NCBI GenBank assembly: GCA_000092065.1
Contig: CP000588.1
Reading direction: 5' to 3' (one strand)
Length of the DNA stretch: 64,000 nt
Source of the DNA: Ostreococcus lucimarinus
Taxonomy: Eukaryota
The stretch's first letter is position 1. Each line of letters begins with the position of its first letter. A program made the translations under genes and the position numbers. The notes under the pieces are model-generated. The model saw nothing but the letters and a program-made list of their open reading frames with translations, did no database searches and was not told the DNA's origin. Positions 44,720 through 57,100 of the stretch are shown here, one piece after another.

Positions 44720-46747
44720 CTAGAACAGACTCGAACTGCTCGGCCAAAGACTTCTTCCATTCGGCGCGCCGTCTTCTTCGTCCTCTTTGTTTGACATGTA
44801 GTCCTCGACCGCGTTCAAGCGGCTTCCCGCGCCGACGTTTAGCCTGCGCTGCAAGCCAAGCAAAGAGCGGTTCACGAGCAGTTTCGTCTTCAACCTAAAT
44901 CGACTGGGCGGGACTTCACCGTTGAGTACGAGCGCGTTGCGCGCGATGGCTTCCCACGCCTCGACCATGGACATGCGCAAGCCGCACGTGCTGAGCATAC
45001 CGCGCAAGAGAAAGACGCTTCGTATCGCGAAGAAGCCCTCTTGCGTGTTTTGTACAATTTTATTCTGCACGAATGGAGAGTTCTTTAGATCCATGACGTT
45101 CATTTCCGCCAAAGGCGACGGCCGCGTATCAAAGTATGCGTACGCGAGCGCGCTCAACGCTTCCGTGGTCGGGCGCTGGAGTCGCACGGTGCCGTGTTCG
45201 CTAATTTCCCGCGCGATGGACACGTGGTCTTCGTTCGCCATGTACAGCGACAACCGACACATGTGCATGCGCTCTACCTCGCTCACGCGCTTGGTTTGTC
45301 CCCAGTCGAGCAAGACTAGCTTTCCATCGTTAGCGACCATGAAATTTCCTGGATGCGGATCGGTGTGGAAGTGACCGTGCTTCAACATCATCACCCCCCA
45401 CGCGGTGAACATTGAGTGAAACACGCCTTGCCAGCCGAACCCACCCGCGCCGTGACACTTGGACACGGGCGTGGGGCAGCGTGGAATTTTGTTCTGCGCC
45501 CGCGCGCGATTGAAAAGCGTCAGCAGTTTCATCCCGCGAACGCGTCGCATGATCAACACGCGACGCGTCGACATTATGACTTGCGGCACGGATATGCGAT
45601 CCGCCAAACCCGCCGCGTCGAGCAACTTTCCAAACTCTTCCGTCTTCGCGCCTTCGATGGTGAAATCGAACTCTTCGTCGACGACGTCCAAGTAAGCGCG
45701 AAAAATGGTCGGGAAATCTAGCCCTTCGTCGAGACCGAGCCAACGCATGGCTTTGGTGGTTTGCAACATGCTCTCGATGTCGCCGATCATCATCGCCGCG
45801 TCCGTCGCTTGCACTTTCACCGCCACTTCACGGCCGTCGAGTAAACGCCCGAAGTGCACCTGCGCGATCGACGCCGTCGCCACAGGCTTACGACTGAGCT
45901 CGGCAAAGTGCTCTCCGAGGTGTCCACCGAGAGATTCCTCCAACGTCTTTCGCACCTCGCGAAACGAAACCGGCGGATTGTTGTCCATGGTTTTCGAAAA
46001 GCACTCAATGTACGGCGCCGGCATCATCTGTTTCGCCGTGCCCGCGATTTGTCCAACCTTTCTATAAAATCCACCGAAATCTTCTATGACGTCTCGCATG
46101 CGCTCGGCCCCCCATTGATGCTGTCGCTCCCACGCCTCGTCGCGCTTTTCGGCGTCGCGAATCCTCGCGATGCGCCTCTTCGCGATCAAATACGACCCAA
46201 TCACCGGCGCCACGCGCATAGAGTAGTCAATCTTCCTCTGTTGTTTCCTCGCCGTGACGCGCATGACGAGCCGCATGCCTTGCCACGTCGCCCACCGCCT
46301 CAAAGTCCCCCTCGCCTTGGCCGGCGCCGCCGCGAGCGCGCGCGCGCACGCCCGCCCTCCCGGTCCCGGAATCTTCCGCTCCACGAATCGCACGATCGGC
46401 GACGCGTCTCCAGTGCGTCGCGTCGACGCCGCCGCGACGATCACCGCCGTCACCACTCCGTGCACCTTCGGCGCCCAGCACCGCAGCGTCGCGCTCGCCG
46501 CCGCGCATCCGAACGCCTTCGCCGCGCCGCCGAGCGCGCGCAACCCGAATCCAACCTTCCCGAGCGCGCTCGCGCGCTTAAACTCCCCCACCGCTCCCAA
46601 CGTCGCCCTTCCCACCACCGCACCGACGCCCGCGAGCCACTCCGCGCCTCGATCGCGCTCTCTCGCCAACCTCTTCGCGCCCCGCTCGAACGCTCGCGGC
46701 CGCTTCATCCGCCGCGGCCGCAGCCGCGCCAACCCGAACCGTTTCAT
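44720..46747 (-). CDS. ABC1/ADCK (UbiB-family) atypical kinase
   Basis: Reads ..SRKPVATASIAQVHFGRLLDGREVAVKVQ.., ..LLDWGQTKRVS.. and the ABC1 domain. Start placed at MKRFGLARL (ATG 46745-46747). The full ORF to 47026 overlaps the start of the divergent GCP gene. Confidence 0.65.
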   Translation of the reverse strand: MKRFGLARLRPRRMKRPRAFERGAKRLARERDRGAEWLAGVGAVVGRATLGAVGEFKRASALGKVGFGLRALGGAAKAFGCAAASATLRCWAPKVHGVVTAVIVAAASTRRTGDASPIVRFVERKIPGPGGRACARALAAAPAKARGTLRRWATWQGMRLVMRVTARKQQRKIDYSMRVAPVIGSYLIAKRRIARIRDAEKRDEAWERQHQWGAERMRDVIEDFGGFYRKVGQIAGTAKQMMPAPYIECFSKTMDNNPPVSFREVRKTLEESLGGHLGEHFAELSRKPVATASIAQVHFGRLLDGREVAVKVQATDAAMMIGDIESMLQTTKAMRWLGLDEGLDFPTIFRAYLDVVDEEFDFTIEGAKTEEFGKLLDAAGLADRISVPQVIMSTRRVLIMRRVRGMKLLTLFNRARAQNKIPRCPTPVSKCHGAGGFGWQGVFHSMFTAWGVMMLKHGHFHTDPHPGNFMVANDGKLVLLDWGQTKRVSEVERMHMCRLSLYMANEDHVSIAREISEHGTVRLQRPTTEALSALAYAYFDTRPSPLAEMNVMDLKNSPFVQNKIVQNTQEGFFAIRSVFLLRGMLSTCGLRMSMVEAWEAIARNALVLNGEVPPSRFRLKTKLLVNRSLLGLQRRLNVGAGSRLNAVEDYMSNKEDEEDGAPNGRSLWPSSSSLF

Positions 46748-47115
46748 CCGCGTCCTCGCCGGCGTTCGCGCGCTCCGCTGCGACCGTCTCGCGCGACGGT
46801 GCACCGTCAGCGTCGGTCGCGCCGTCGTCGCGTCGTCGCTCGCGCGCGTCGTCGCGTCGTCGTCGCGCCCGTTCGCCTCCCGATGCGGCGCCGTCGCGAA
46901 TCCTTCCCCGCGCGCGCCGTGGAGCCCGTACGCGGGCAGCGGCAGCGCGGGCAGCGGCGGCGGCGGTGCGCGCGCCGCGCGCGCCTCGCCCGCGCCGCCG
47001 TCGTCGCCCGCGCCGTCGCTCGACATGGCGCGCGTCGCGCAGTGCCGGTCGTTGCGTCAATCATCGCCTCGCGCGTCGCCGACGTCGCGCGCGCGACGTC
47101 GGCGCGCCGCGAACG

Positions 47116-47267
47116 ATGCGCGCGACGACGTCGTCGACGGCGCCGCGCGCGCGCGACGGCGATCGGCGCGACGGCGAGGCGTCGACGGCGCCGTCTTTGA
47201 CTGATTTGTTCAAACGCCTCGCGCGGACGCACGTCGAGCGACGACGACGCGACGGCGCGGCGGCGCG

Positions 47268-47299
<32 letters not shown>

Positions 47300-50200
47300 T
47301 GGTGCGAGCGATGACGGCGCGGGCGTGGGCGCGCGCGCTGGGCGCGGAGCGACGGACGCTTTCGGGACGCGCGGCGTCGGCGCTCGCGAGACGCGAGACG
47401 CGACGAAGGCGCGACGACGACGAACGAACGAACGACGACGAGGCGCGCGCGATCGGCGCGGATGAGATGTACGTGCGATTGTGCGAGCGGGACGGGGACG
47501 ACGGACGAGCGCGAGCGATGGATGAGATGTTGGCGGCGTTGGAGGCGAGCGCGGGCGAAGACGCGGCGGCGATTCAGAGGTTGGCGTTCGCGCTCGAGGG
47601 AAGCGGTGGTGGTGGGAACGAGCGCGCGAGCGGGGCGGGGGGGCTCGAGAGGATCGATGTCGTCGCGAGCGCGGGGCGGGATTGGAGCGCGGTGCCGGAT
47701 GTCGGTCGGTTGCGAATCGCCGCGGCGACGACGCGAGAGTTCGCGATGGAGGACGACGGCGCGGAGGCGGCGAGACGCGTGCCGGGATTGCGGCACGGTG
47801 CGGTGTTCGGACTCGACCGGGCGGTCGTGGACGAGGGCGACGGCGACGACGACGACGACGACGGCGACGACGATGACCGTGTTGTGAGTGGTGAAATAGA
47901 TAGCGCGAAAGATGACGACGCCGGCGGACGCGACGCCGGCGTCGCGGACAAGGCGCTCGCGTTAGACAGAGGGTCAGGCGACTCTGCGTCGCTTTGGCTC
48001 GCCGCCGCGGCGGATATCGAGACTACGACGTTGCGTTCGTGTTGGGATACGCGAAACGCCGGTGCGCGTGCGACTTCGAGTGCGCTCGACGCGGAAACGT
48101 TTGATCTTGCGTATCGACGCGCGTTTCGGCCGGTGAAGGGGATTGATACCGAGCCCGTCATCGCGAGCGAGCGTGATTGCGCGCACGTCGTCGCAATGGC
48201 GCTCAGTGGGTGTCAAACGAGCGCAGACATACTCGTCGCGGCGGCAGCAAGCACAGGTAGTGGTGTACGCATGCGTTTCGCGTCGAGCTCGACGCTGGCG
48301 TTTAGGAACGCTTTGAAAACTATGGCGTCGGCGGCGGAGCGCCGATGCGAGCTCGACTACGCCGTCAGCCGCATGACGACGCCATACATGCGACCGATGG
48401 CGAGCGCGATACGCGATATTCTTCGCGCCCACGCCGCAGCGTTGCAAGCCATGCCAGAGGCGACGGCGGAACGGCGTCTCGCCGAGCGCGATACTGTTGA
48501 CGACCTGACCGAAACGCAATCGGACGTAGGCGACGTCACGTTACTCGAGGTCACCGTGCACACGAAACGTTTGCGTCGTCAAGTGGATATTATTTTCAAC
48601 CTCATCACCGACGAGCGGTCGTTAGATACTTCTTTGGTGCCGCATCCGGTGTTGATCCGTCGTCTGGAGACGTCGCTGTCGCACGTGGAGGATGAAGAAA
48701 CACCGATGATTCAGTACTTGTATGCGCGAGCGGCAAAACCTATCATCGACGACACCTTGTCTTGGATATACGCTGCGGCGCCGCCGTTTTCGAAGTCAGA
48801 GTTTTTCATAGAGTGCTCGCCAACGTGGTCAAATCTTTCTACATTTCATGAAAGTCCCGTGCGAGGAGGCGCGCCGCCGTGCTGGCTCGGCGGCCGCGCG
48901 CACGATGGCGAAGACGAATTCGCGGAGACCGATACGCTCACCATCGCGCGTGTTCGGTCGAGTGTGAACCCCGCTCTGGCGGTCGATCGAGCGAAAGAAG
49001 TCCTCCGCATTGGTTTGCAGCTTCGCATTTTACAGCGATTGCCGCACACGCGCGGGTTTGCACGCGCTGTGAAAGATGCATTCGTCAAAATTTCGGCGTT
49101 TCAAGCGCACACAGAGCGCGATGCCAGGCAGTGGCTCAATCGAGTGCGCTTGCTCGAATCGCGCGTCGTCGCGCTGGCTCGAGAAAGCACGAACAGCATG
49201 CACGAGATGCGCGCCGCACGAGCGCGAGAGTTGGACTCGGCGAGAGCAGCATTCGTCGCCAAGACGCGCGCCGAAATACTGGCGCGCGAAAAAACGCGAC
49301 TAAGACGTCTTGAGGAGATCGACGAATCGAAGCGAGTGGAGCGTAAAGGGCAGCTCGAAGAGTTGGACGAACGTGAAAAGCAACGTCGCGACGCGCGCGC
49401 GCAAAAGATTGCCGACGAGCGCGCATGGCTTGAAGATCGAGAGGAAAAGCAGCGCGCCTTTGAGCAACAAAAAGTGGAAAAGAAGATGGAAGAAACGCGC
49501 TTACGCCTTGAACAAGAGGATGCGAAATTAGCGTGGTTTCGATGGCACGAAAGCCGTCTGGTGCTTAATGATAAGCGAAGAGCCTTCGTGCGCGCAATGG
49601 AATCAGTGCAAGAAGAAGAAGCAGTGACCGCGCTCGCAAACGCGATGAGCTTAGGTTTCGCGACGTCGCCATCACCGTCGAACGACCTCTTCATCGAGCC
49701 CTTCGAGAGTGTCACGCCAACAGTGATGATTGAAGAAGCCGAAGAGGTGAATGTTATCGAAGAAGACGACATCGCATCAGACGATTTTGCCGACGCTTCC
49801 GAAATGTTCATCGACGAATCCGCGACGTCGTCGCCGTCGACAGTCTTATCCTTACATTCCGCAGATGACGATGAGCGCAGCGTGGATATAAAAGAGAAAG
49901 ACATCGTGGAAACTGTTTCGGCGCCGGACAACATGGACGAGATGCGTGACGGCGCAAAAGATCTTGAAACGCACGACCACACATCTCGAGCGTATTTGGG
50001 TGAAGCTTTCGGCACGCCTTTGCCACTTTTGTTGGAACAAGAAATGCGCGAAATCATCACACGCCAATCCGATGTTTTGGGACGGTACACCACGACAGTG
50101 CTTATGGATCATCTCGCGCTCGAACTTCATCTTGACGCCATCGTTCGGTTCACCATGGGAGGTGAACTCGGCTTCGCGGACGCGCTGCTGAACAATCTAC

Positions 50201-51087
50201 AATCAAAATGCGTCGCCGCACGAGAACGAATGACACAAGGCTCCGCGCGTGTCATGCAAACTGTATTGGAGGGCGCCATCGACGATACAGGTTTGCGAGA
50301 TGACCACATGAGTAAGCGTTTACGTTTATGCGAGAATGCCGATGCGCTGGTGTCTGTTGACCCGTACAATTTGAATTTATCCGCCGCCGTCGAGTGTTCG
50401 TACGCTGCTCCCTGGCCCTTGAACCTTATTTTTGCGGATGCGGGAGACGACCACCCGCTCGCGCACACGAAAATTGCGCTATTGCAAATACGGCACGCGG
50501 CGAGTGCTGTCAAAGATGTTTCGGCGTTGGTACACGCGAGCTCAAGAACGCGAGCTTTACTGGATTCGACGCAAACAAATTTGGATTTGCGTGCGAGGCG
50601 ATTGCGCAAACTATCCTTGCTCGCGTCATCTTTTCAGCATTTCGTCGATGCTCTTCACGGGCATGTGTTCGAAGCCGTACACGTCGGCGCGCGAGGACGC
50701 TTGTTTGCAAGTCTTCGCGACGACGGCGGGAACATCCTCCCACGCAACATCGACGCCCTTCGCGACGTGTTTGATGAATTCTGCGCTCGCACGTACGCTG
50801 CGTGTTTCTTGCGCCCCATCGACACGGCGCTCAAGGCCCTGGTGGACGATGGTTTACAGCTCGCCCTAGAGTTGAAGTCTCTTCTCGCGTCGAGCGACGC
50901 CGAATCGTTACTCGAAGATGGTCTCGCGTGCGCCGCAGCGCAGCAAATCCACTCGAAATTTCACGCGTTGATGACGCAACTGTGCTTCCGCGCGCGCATC
51001 ACTTCCTCCGACACCGCGGTTGGCTTCATCCAACGCGTCGATTTCAACGAATTCTATCTCGGCGCGACCATCGACATGGAATTTTAA
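47116..51087 (+). CDS. Gamma-tubulin complex component (GCP/Spc97-Spc98 family, large GCP5/6-like) with a long K/E/R coiled-coil insert
   Basis: C-terminal GRIP2-like region ..VECSYAAPWPLNLIFADAGDDHPLAHTKIALLQIRHAASAVKDV.. (cf. WPLSLIIt..KYq.IFrfLf.lKhVE). Coiled coil 49150-49560. ATG 47116. The upstream part of the ORF is Arg-rich. Confidence 0.5.
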
Positions 51088-51195
51088 CCACGGCGAGCGC
51101 ATTCGTCGTACAGTAGCGTTCATAGGTAATTACAACAGTAGCGGTCTTAGGTACACGGCGCGACGAGCCCGCATCGCTCGTCGCGCATTATTCAT

Positions 51196-51636
51196 TCACG
51201 CGTCTTCAAACCGTTCGATCGCGCGTTCTTGCTCCGCCGCGATCGCCAGTTGAATTCTATCAATCTCATCCTCGGCGCGTTCGATTTCCCGCGAAATTTC
51301 GCGCGCCTCGCTGAACCGCTCGAGCAACAGTCGCGCGTTCAGGTCGGATTTGAGCCGTCGCACGCGCGCCTCGGCCTCGAACTTTCGCCCGCGCATCTGC
51401 GTGACGTCGTCGTTGACGTAATCGCCGCCGCGCACGCGATTCCGCGCGAGATTTAACGCGCGCTGCTTGATGCAAAGCGCGCGCTCGTGCAAGTCGCCAG
51501 CGTTGTCACCCGCGTGCGTCGCGCGCGCGGGGACGCGGCGCGCGCGTCGGGACGCGCGCGCGCGCGGCGGGGCGGGCGACGCGCGAGTGCGGTCAAACCG
51601 CAAAGCGTTCTCGTGCGCGCGCGCGACGCGCGCCAT
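51196..51636 (-). CDS. Small UVR-domain-containing protein with transit-peptide-like N-terminus
   Basis: C-terminus ..KFEAEARVRRLKSDLNARLLLERFSEAREISREIERAEDEIDRIQ resembles the UvrB/UvrC-type UVR motif. Confidence 0.35.
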   Translation of the reverse strand: MARVARAHENALRFDRTRASPAPPRARASRRARRVPARATHAGDNAGDLHERALCIKQRALNLARNRVRGGDYVNDDVTQMRGRKFEAEARVRRLKSDLNARLLLERFSEAREISREIERAEDEIDRIQLAIAAEQERAIERFEDA

Positions 51637-51793
51637 CGCGCGATGGCGTCGCGGTCGGCGTAATGCCGCGAACTAACTTTAGACATCGTTAACGGTTTTT
51701 CAAAAAGGCGCCTCGAGTCGCGGCGAATTCGCGCGGTTGTTTGTTCGATCGCTTACATCGCCGCGGAAGCTAGGAGGTGAGAGAATCGGTGGT

Positions 51794-53902
51794 CTAGTCC
51801 GAGTCGTGTTCGTCGTCGGCGATTTCGTCGGCGTTCTTCTTCGCTTTCGGGGTGAAACCATCCGTCATGAGCGTCTTCAAGTCTTCGCCGCTGAGTTTCG
51901 AGAGCTTCTTCGTCAACGCCCTGGAGAGGTTTTCGATTTCGGGCTCCATATCTTCGCAGAGCTCGCCCAAGAACGGAATGGCCTCCGGTAAGAGCTGCAA
52001 GTATTCCTCTTGGAGCTTGTCGACGATTTGTTCGATCGTCATGATGCTCAAGACGCGAGTACGGATCTTCGAGTCGCGCGAACACATGAGCACTGCGCGG
52101 TGCAACGGTTTCCAGTGAGCGTCATCGGGCGCCGCGGCGAGGAGCGACGCGCACGCACCGACTGCTTCAACACCGAAAGAACCTTCGCGCATGAACGTGT
52201 CGTAGTCGTCTTCGTCGGAATCCGACGGTGGCGCCGCCTTGAGCTGCTCGACCACCATCGGATAGAGCGAGTTGAAACGGTTCGACTCGATGAATCCGAC
52301 GTTGTCGTACTGGAAGCAACGTCTCAGAGCGGCGAGCGTCCACTTTCGCATGCGCCAGATATCGTGTTCTGACAAACTCTCGGCGTTCACGCTCTTGCGC
52401 TTCTTTTTCCCCGAGCTCGTTGGATCGGCGGCGACGTCCAGCGCCGCAGCCGCAAGATCGAGCAAGTGTCGGAAGAAGGGCACGAAGACGGCGCGAAGCT
52501 CGTCCGCGAGCGCGGCGGCGAGCCTGAAGAGCGCGGCGAGACGTGTGCGGGTGACATCGGCTTCGCCAGAACGCGCGCGCGCCCACTCGACGCACTGCAG
52601 GAAAAACGGCAAGAATTCACTTTCGGTGCACTTGAGCGCCAAGGCGACACAAGCGTCGACGGCTTTACCTTCGATGACGTCAAGAGCCTTCTCGGGGGCG
52701 CCCACCGGCGCATCACGCCTGATATCGAGCGCGCGTAGTACTATGCTGAATAATTGCTGTCTGTGTGCGTTCGTCGCCTTTGCAGAATCGCCGGCGGCGG
52801 CGATGATTTCGAGGAGCGCCGCGCACGACGCCGCGCCGTCTTCGCCGCCGTAAGTTAAGCACGAGTCCCAAGATTCCACCAGTGGCCGAATGAGCAATCG
52901 GAGCTCGACGACGTCTGGTAATTCTCCGCGAAGCTCCAACGCTAAATCATGTAAAGCCTTCGTCTCACCCGCTTCTGTGCCGGCTTCGCCATCGCACTGT
53001 GGCACCATTGCTGGGTGCAACGCGACCTTGATGATGTCTCCGAGAAAGGGTGAAATAAATCCGGCTACGTGCTTGACGAACATGCGCAGCGCAGCTAGGC
53101 ACGAGTGCGCAACGAGCACGAGCTCTCCCACATCGCTGTTGCCATGAAGCGCGTCTGCGCTCGCCAATGTAGTCTTAAGAAGTGCTGGTATCGCAGTGTT
53201 GACGACAGCGACCATACGAACACCCAAGATCTTTGAAAGCGTCGCCAACGACAGCGCCGCGGACGCTTTAAGCGTAGCTGACGCCCCTTCCAGCTGCGAG
53301 ATGACGGCGGGAACCACAGACAACAAGGGCTTCGTCGCCGCTTGTGCGACGCTGAAACGCACAGCAGCAGCTTCTAGAGCCATGAGCGCTGCCTGTGACG
53401 TCGTCACGCTCTTGGACTGAATCAACGCTGAAAGCTCTTCGATCAACGCGATACCCGCTTGCGTCTCCACATCATCTTCTTCCGTACTTTCGGTACTCGC
53501 GTTTTGTAGACGTTCGGTGACGAGTGTCAGCGCCTTTCGACGGACGCGCCCTTCCTTATGATCGAGTAATGGTGTCAACGCGCTCAAGAATGGACCCGAA
53601 GCCAGCAAGCCGTTGAGCGCGCTCAACAGACTTTGTCCGCTCGCCTCCGCCTTTGCCGCAAGTTTCGCTGGAGATTTACCTGGAGATTTTGATTTCTCTG
53701 ACGGCGTGCCATCATTAACTCCCACCGATTGCAAGAGCACAATAGCGGACTCAGCTAACGCGGCGTAACCCCTTTGAAGGCCTGCTTTCTCATCCTGATC
53801 CATCGGACGTTGTTGCGCACGAACGAATCGAGGCGAAGAGAGATGCTTGGCGGCGGACTCGGCGCACATGCGCACAATACGCCCTCCCTCGGAAGCAGAT
53901 TC
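51794..53902 (-). CDS. HEATR1: HEAT repeat-containing protein 1 (HEATR1/UTP10/BAP28), exon 3 of 3 (C-terminal BP28CT region)
   Basis: Reads ...EAIPFLGELCEDMEPEIENLSRALTKKLSKLSGEDL (cf. HEATR1 ESIPFLAELMEDECEEVEHQCQK). Acceptor ttgtcag|GAA TCT at 53903/53902. Confidence 0.75.
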   Translation of the reverse strand, partial: ESASEGGRIVRMCAESAAKHLSSPRFVRAQQRPMDQDEKAGLQRGYAALAESAIVLLQSVGVNDGTPSEKSKSPGKSPAKLAAKAEASGQSLLSALNGLLASGPFLSALTPLLDHKEGRVRRKALTLVTERLQNASTESTEEDDVETQAGIALIEELSALIQSKSVTTSQAALMALEAAAVRFSVAQAATKPLLSVVPAVISQLEGASATLKASAALSLATLSKILGVRMVAVVNTAIPALLKTTLASADALHGNSDVGELVLVAHSCLAALRMFVKHVAGFISPFLGDIIKVALHPAMVPQCDGEAGTEAGETKALHDLALELRGELPDVVELRLLIRPLVESWDSCLTYGGEDGAASCAALLEIIAAAGDSAKATNAHRQQLFSIVLRALDIRRDAPVGAPEKALDVIEGKAVDACVALALKCTESEFLPFFLQCVEWARARSGEADVTRTRLAALFRLAAALADELRAVFVPFFRHLLDLAAAALDVAADPTSSGKKKRKSVNAESLSEHDIWRMRKWTLAALRRCFQYDNVGFIESNRFNSLYPMVVEQLKAAPPSDSDEDDYDTFMREGSFGVEAVGACASLLAAAPDDAHWKPLHRAVLMCSRDSKIRTRVLSIMTIEQIVDKLQEEYLQLLPEAIPFLGELCEDMEPEIENLSRALTKKLSKLSGEDLKTLMTDGFTPKAKKNADEIADDEHDSD

Positions 53903-54111
53903 CTGACAAGTCGAAAAAGTAGGTTAGTCGCGGCTTCATGGTGTCACGCTCGTGGCAAATCGCGTACGAGCGATTTCTCAGAAGGAAAGCAGCAGATTCG
54001 TATGTCTCATCAATGGAATCAGAATCCTGACACAATGAATCTTTCATCATCGAAAATCAAACACGACACGAGCGGCGCTGAAAACTGTTTTGCGAGTCGA
54101 GTCATACGTAC
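53903..54111 (-). other. HEATR1: HEATR1 intron 2 (209 nt, GTACGT...GTCAG)
   Basis: GCG CTC AAG|GTACGT donor at 54112/54111. The two large ORFs are in different frames. Confidence 0.7.
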
Positions 54112-57100
54112 CTTGAGCGCGTCCACGAGTGCATTCACCGCAGAAATCGGGGTTTCGCGAACGAGTAGCGCGTCGAGTAATTCCGCGACCCATGCATCGT
54201 CATCGGCAACAGGTAGGTCAGAGGTATCCACTGCGGCGGCGTATGGAGCTCGCGCTTCTCGAGCAGACGATTCCAAAGACTTTGAACGGCGTATCAAATT
54301 CAAGATAATCGCCGGAAGCGCCTCGCCAGGGGGTGCCGCACGAACAAGCGCCGCACAAATGGGAGCACGTCGACGTGTGGGCGCATGAGGCAGCGAATCT
54401 ATGAGCCTGCTGACGACGTTCATTAACGATTCACCACTTTGTAACCACACCGGAACGACGGCAACGAGCGCACTCTCTAAAGCGCGTTGAGACAGTACAT
54501 CGTCGTTCGCAGCGGCACGAGCGGATAAAGCAGATCCGATGTCAAACACATGACTCAGGACCGCTTCCGGTTTCGTGTGCGCAATTTGTGCCAAGCACGC
54601 AAGCGCTGCGCTTCGCGCAGCGCCTTCGTCTACCTCGCGAACGGCGCGAATGATAAGCGGAACGTTCCACTGTTTTCCACCGACTTTTGCGAGCGCGAGA
54701 GACTCCAATGTACGCAAAGCGAGCGCTTCGAGATAACCTCCTGCAGCAACACCTGCCTCGTCGTCGTCTGACTCCTCAAAGTCTGAGTCTTCGTCCATCG
54801 TCTCGCGAGCTTTAGCTCGCGCAGCCGCATCATTCATCATCGCCTCTAGAAAGTTTTGACACGGCTCGACAAGCGTGTCGAGATTATCAGTCTTGTCAAG
54901 CTTCCACGCCAGCACTTCGAGCGAAGTAGCCGCTGCTTGCGTAGTTTCGCTCGAGCCGAGCGAGAGACTCGAATGTGCGTCATCGTCCGCCTTTTTACCT
55001 TTCTTCTTTGACGGCGGCGCTGTCGGTGCGTCAGCTAACGCAGCGTTCAACGTCTTAACGACATCCTTGGCGTCAATCGTCAGCGCGTCGACGGCATTTT
55101 GCGCTTCACGTCTCGAAATGTCGTCAGTATCGGCATTCACGGCGCTGAACAAAATCTTGAGCAGCTGTGATTTCGGCCCGCTATTTAACGCGGCGACGAA
55201 TTCACCAGATATCAGGTTGAACGCCGCAGTACGAACGGCCGAAGGTGAAGGCGCCACCATGCACCTAGACAAAATTGCCCATCCCTCGCCACCATCTTTG
55301 CCGAACGACTTGGCGAGCTCGGGTGTGTACACGTTCATAATCTCAACCATCAACGCCGCTTTTGCCGTTTTAGAGTCGTCTTCGAGCGTTTGTAAGCACC
55401 ATGAAAGCACCGGTAACAGTATTGAAGCCTTCGTCGTCGCATCGCCCAATCCGCGAGTCGTCGCAACTAAACATCTCGCACCGTACGCATCCATCGCCGG
55501 CCTTGTCTCGCTCGTCATTTCCTGTACCGGCTCCAAATACGCGGCCAATTCATCCGATGGCGACTTGGCGGCGTTCACACCGTCTTCGATAGCGCGGCAC
55601 AAAGCTGTGGCACCCTTCAGCGCGATCTCTTCGGCGGCCTTTGTTACGGATTTGACTATGTTGCTCGCTTTCTTGTCGCGCGCATATGCCGAAAGAAGTG
55701 CCGCGGCCGCCGCACGCACCGGCGACGCGGATGATGCGGCGGCAACGATTACTGGTGCGATTGGCGGCAACTTAGAACACGCGGTGCAGAGCTCCAAAGC
55801 GGCGACTTGCACTCGCGCGTCTTCAATCGATGGATCAGAGGCGAATTTGGACGCAAGGAAAGCGCTAGACCCCGCGGCACCGTAGCAACGATCGCACGCA
55901 TTCAGTACTTCACGCAGAAGCTCGCCGATTCGGGCGTCAAAAGCATCGTCCATACGACCAGTCTTCGTATCCTTCGCTTCGGTGGTGGCGAGAAGCTCAA
56001 AAGACTCGCTCAAGTACTCGTCGGCGTCAACACTCGACTTCTTTGAAGTACTCGCAAGAACTGCGCGCAAGACAGATCGATGGCACGACGGTAAAAACTT
56101 CCGAGCAGCTGAATCGCTCGACACGAGTTTGCACAAAGTCTCCGAATCCGGCAACGCGTCGGCAGGAAATATTTCGTCGTTTTGAACGCCTCGCACCTGT
56201 CCCACGCCACCTTCATTCCACGAGTCGCGAATGATGGCCCACGAAGCCGCGCGAAGCGCTGAAGCCGCGGCGGTCGACTTCCCGGACGTCTTCTCTATGG
56301 CAAGCTTACATGCAATGAAGAACGTCATTCTACCGATCCCAGTTGCGTCTCTGTACACTTCACGAAGCCACAGCACGCGTGACGTGTGTTCGTCGCCGCC
56401 CGTACCCCAATCGCTCGCTAAAGATTCCGCGAGCGCTGATAAAACAGCCTGATTGCACTTTTCCTCAAACATGCGTCGCTCGTCGCCGTCTTTGCTCGAT
56501 TTACTGTCCTCGGCGACGGATTTAAGAGAATCAGAGCGAATTCCGTCGAGTGCGGGATGTGGGCAACTTCTGGCGGCATTTAACGCCGACTTGGTGACGT
56601 TTCGAAGCGCCGGCGTCGTGGAGAAGAGAACATACTCATAAGCCAGCGCAGCAGCTCGACCTGCGAGCGCTGACGGCGCAGTGTGGTCTAGCGATTTCGA
56701 AAGCACGCCAATCGTCAGACGAAGCGCCCTCTTTGCTAAGCGGCGCTCGCCGTCGCTGTTCGGACTGCCCGCTACGATCGCCGTCATCGCCGCGCTCAAT
56801 CGCGCCTTGGCGGCGGCGAACAAGGCTACGTCATCGGAAACCATTCGACGCAACGAATCGAGGTCCATCGCCGCCGCAGCTACGCGCGGATCGTCATCTG
56901 ACACCCGTCGAAGCATAGCTGGACCGAGCGCAGACCCATTCTTAAGTGATGACGGGACGTCCTCCCCACCGTCGCCTTTATCTTTGCTCAACTGCGCCAG
57001 CTGCGCAATCGCGTTTTCTCGCAAACTAGCGTTGGGGTGATCAAGCGCAGCGTGAATTGACATCGCGTGTCCAATCATGGGCCCAGCAGCCGAACCGAGC

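Noticed and set aside
45854-47204. Plus-strand ORFs 45854..47200 and 46254..47204 (448/316 aa)
   Set aside because: Pro/Arg/Ala-rich. Fully antisense to the ABC1/ADCK kinase gene.
54875-55885. 336-aa plus-strand ORF inside HEATR1
   Set aside because: Ser/Ala-rich low complexity, antisense to a long well-conserved HEAT-repeat exon.
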